DNA from: Promethearchaeota archaeon Loki_b32 | Lineage (GTDB): Archaea; Asgardarchaeota; Lokiarchaeia; Sigyniarchaeales; SOKP01 | Assembly (NCBI GenBank): GCA_005223125.1 | Contig: NJBH01000057.1 | Coordinates: 1-15,672, forward strand | Direction: 5' to 3' | Length of the DNA: 15,672 nucleotides | Shown: one piece after another, positions 14,833 to 15,672 of the stretch | How the letters are laid out: every line of letters starts with the position of its first letter | Position numbering within the stretch: the first letter of the stretch is position 1 | The notes under the pieces: model-generated | What the model was told of the DNA's origin: nothing | Database searches by the model: none | The model's input: only the letters and a program-made list of their open reading frames with translations | Made by a program: the position numbers and the translations under genes

Positions 14833-15672
14833 ATGACAGAAGTTTCTGAAGATAAAGAATATGTTAAAAAAGATTTTATCCCGCACTTTTTTCCAACTTA
14901 TAGGATAAAAAGAAGATTATATCCTTTACCTATAATTCTTGTGGTCATTATAGCGGGAATATTAGCTTATTTAACTTATTTTGAAGCGGGAATTCAGTTT
15001 GATGTGGGATATTTTTCAGAAAGCGAAATGGGAGCATTAGGTGGGATTTTAAATGGGTTAATTTATACAGCAATAGCAGTGATCTCAGCTTTTATTATCA
15101 TATTTATAATAAAGAAGAAAGGGATAGATGTCTTAAGATATATTTTTGGATTTAGTTTTGCTCTAATAGGCTTTTTTCAAACTTGGTTTTTTGGACGAAT
15201 TGTGATTTATGTGTTTTTTTTAGAATTACCACTTTTATTCTATTTACTTTATTATGAACTAATTTTTCTTTCAGCAGTTTTTACAATTCTTATGATTTAT
15301 CAATATTTTACTTCACAATCAATAAAAACAAAAAATTTTATAGTTTTATATATAGGTTTATTAATTGGCGCGTCAATGGGGGTTTTAATGCCCCTCTGGA
15401 CAACTCTAGCTATATTAATAGGGATTTCTTGTTGGGACATATTTGCTGTATTATATAAACATGGACCCATAAAACAATTAATTGATATAGCATCCACTCC
15501 AGAAGAAGATAATGACCTATCTGACATAGAACTAAAGCAAAAAATTGAAAGTGGAGAATATGAATATGATACCTCTAAATTAGAAATTGGAATAGGAGAT
15601 TTGGCATTTTATAGTATGCTAACTTCAAGTGCACTTGTTCAAACAAATAATATAATAGTGATGATTTTAACT
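14833..15672 (+). CDS. Presenilin-family (A22) intramembrane aspartyl protease, 3'-truncated by the window (not in the ORF track)
   Basis: 280 uninterrupted codons from the ATG at 14833, with about 7 hydrophobic segments. First catalytic motif MPLWTTLAILIGISCWDIFAVLYKHGPIKQL (WD at 15433-15438); second catalytic motif EIGIGDLAFYSML (GxGD at 15589-15600). Confidence 0.93.
   Translation, partial: MTEVSEDKEYVKKDFIPHFFPTYRIKRRLYPLPIILVVIIAGILAYLTYFEAGIQFDVGYFSESEMGALGGILNGLIYTAIAVISAFIIIFIIKKKGIDVLRYIFGFSFALIGFFQTWFFGRIVIYVFFLELPLLFYLLYYELIFLSAVFTILMIYQYFTSQSIKTKNFIVLYIGLLIGASMGVLMPLWTTLAILIGISCWDIFAVLYKHGPIKQLIDIASTPEEDNDLSDIELKQKIESGEYEYDTSKLEIGIGDLAFYSMLTSSALVQTNNIIVMILT

Noticed and set aside
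15300-15527. 75-aa minus-strand ORF
   Set aside because: Antisense to the presenilin reading frame, which carries the real motifs.
1-15672. CRISPR array, tRNA/rRNA, IS element or defence system
   Set aside because: By eye there are no regularly spaced repeats, GC-rich structured RNA segments, transposase/integrase motifs or terminal inverted repeats.

Overview
AT-rich archaeal chromosomal segment, most consistent with an Asgard archaeon (Lokiarchaeia-like; inferred from gene content, not from a search). It holds 15 probable protein-coding genes and no recognisable RNA gene, CRISPR array or mobile element. Content: three tetrahydromethanopterin C1 enzymes (ftr, mtd, mch); an adenine-salvage trio (apt, PfkB adenosine-kinase-like, MTA phosphorylase); a RagA/Gtr1-like GTPase with a roadblock-like C-terminus; a beta-CASP ribonuclease; a RecJ/Cdc45-like DHH protein; a GT4 glycosyltransferase; an archaemetzincin; a 5'-truncated single-pass membrane protein; and an unknown protein with a possible TFB/cyclin-fold C-terminus. 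Two genes are missing from the supplied ORF track: a 59-aa small protein (11895..12074, -) and a 3'-truncated eukaryote-like presenilin (14833..>15672, +). The most notable features are the head-to-head metzincin/presenilin protease pair, the Rag GTPase divergent from the adenine/MTA salvage genes, and the near-perfect strand alternation of the genes.
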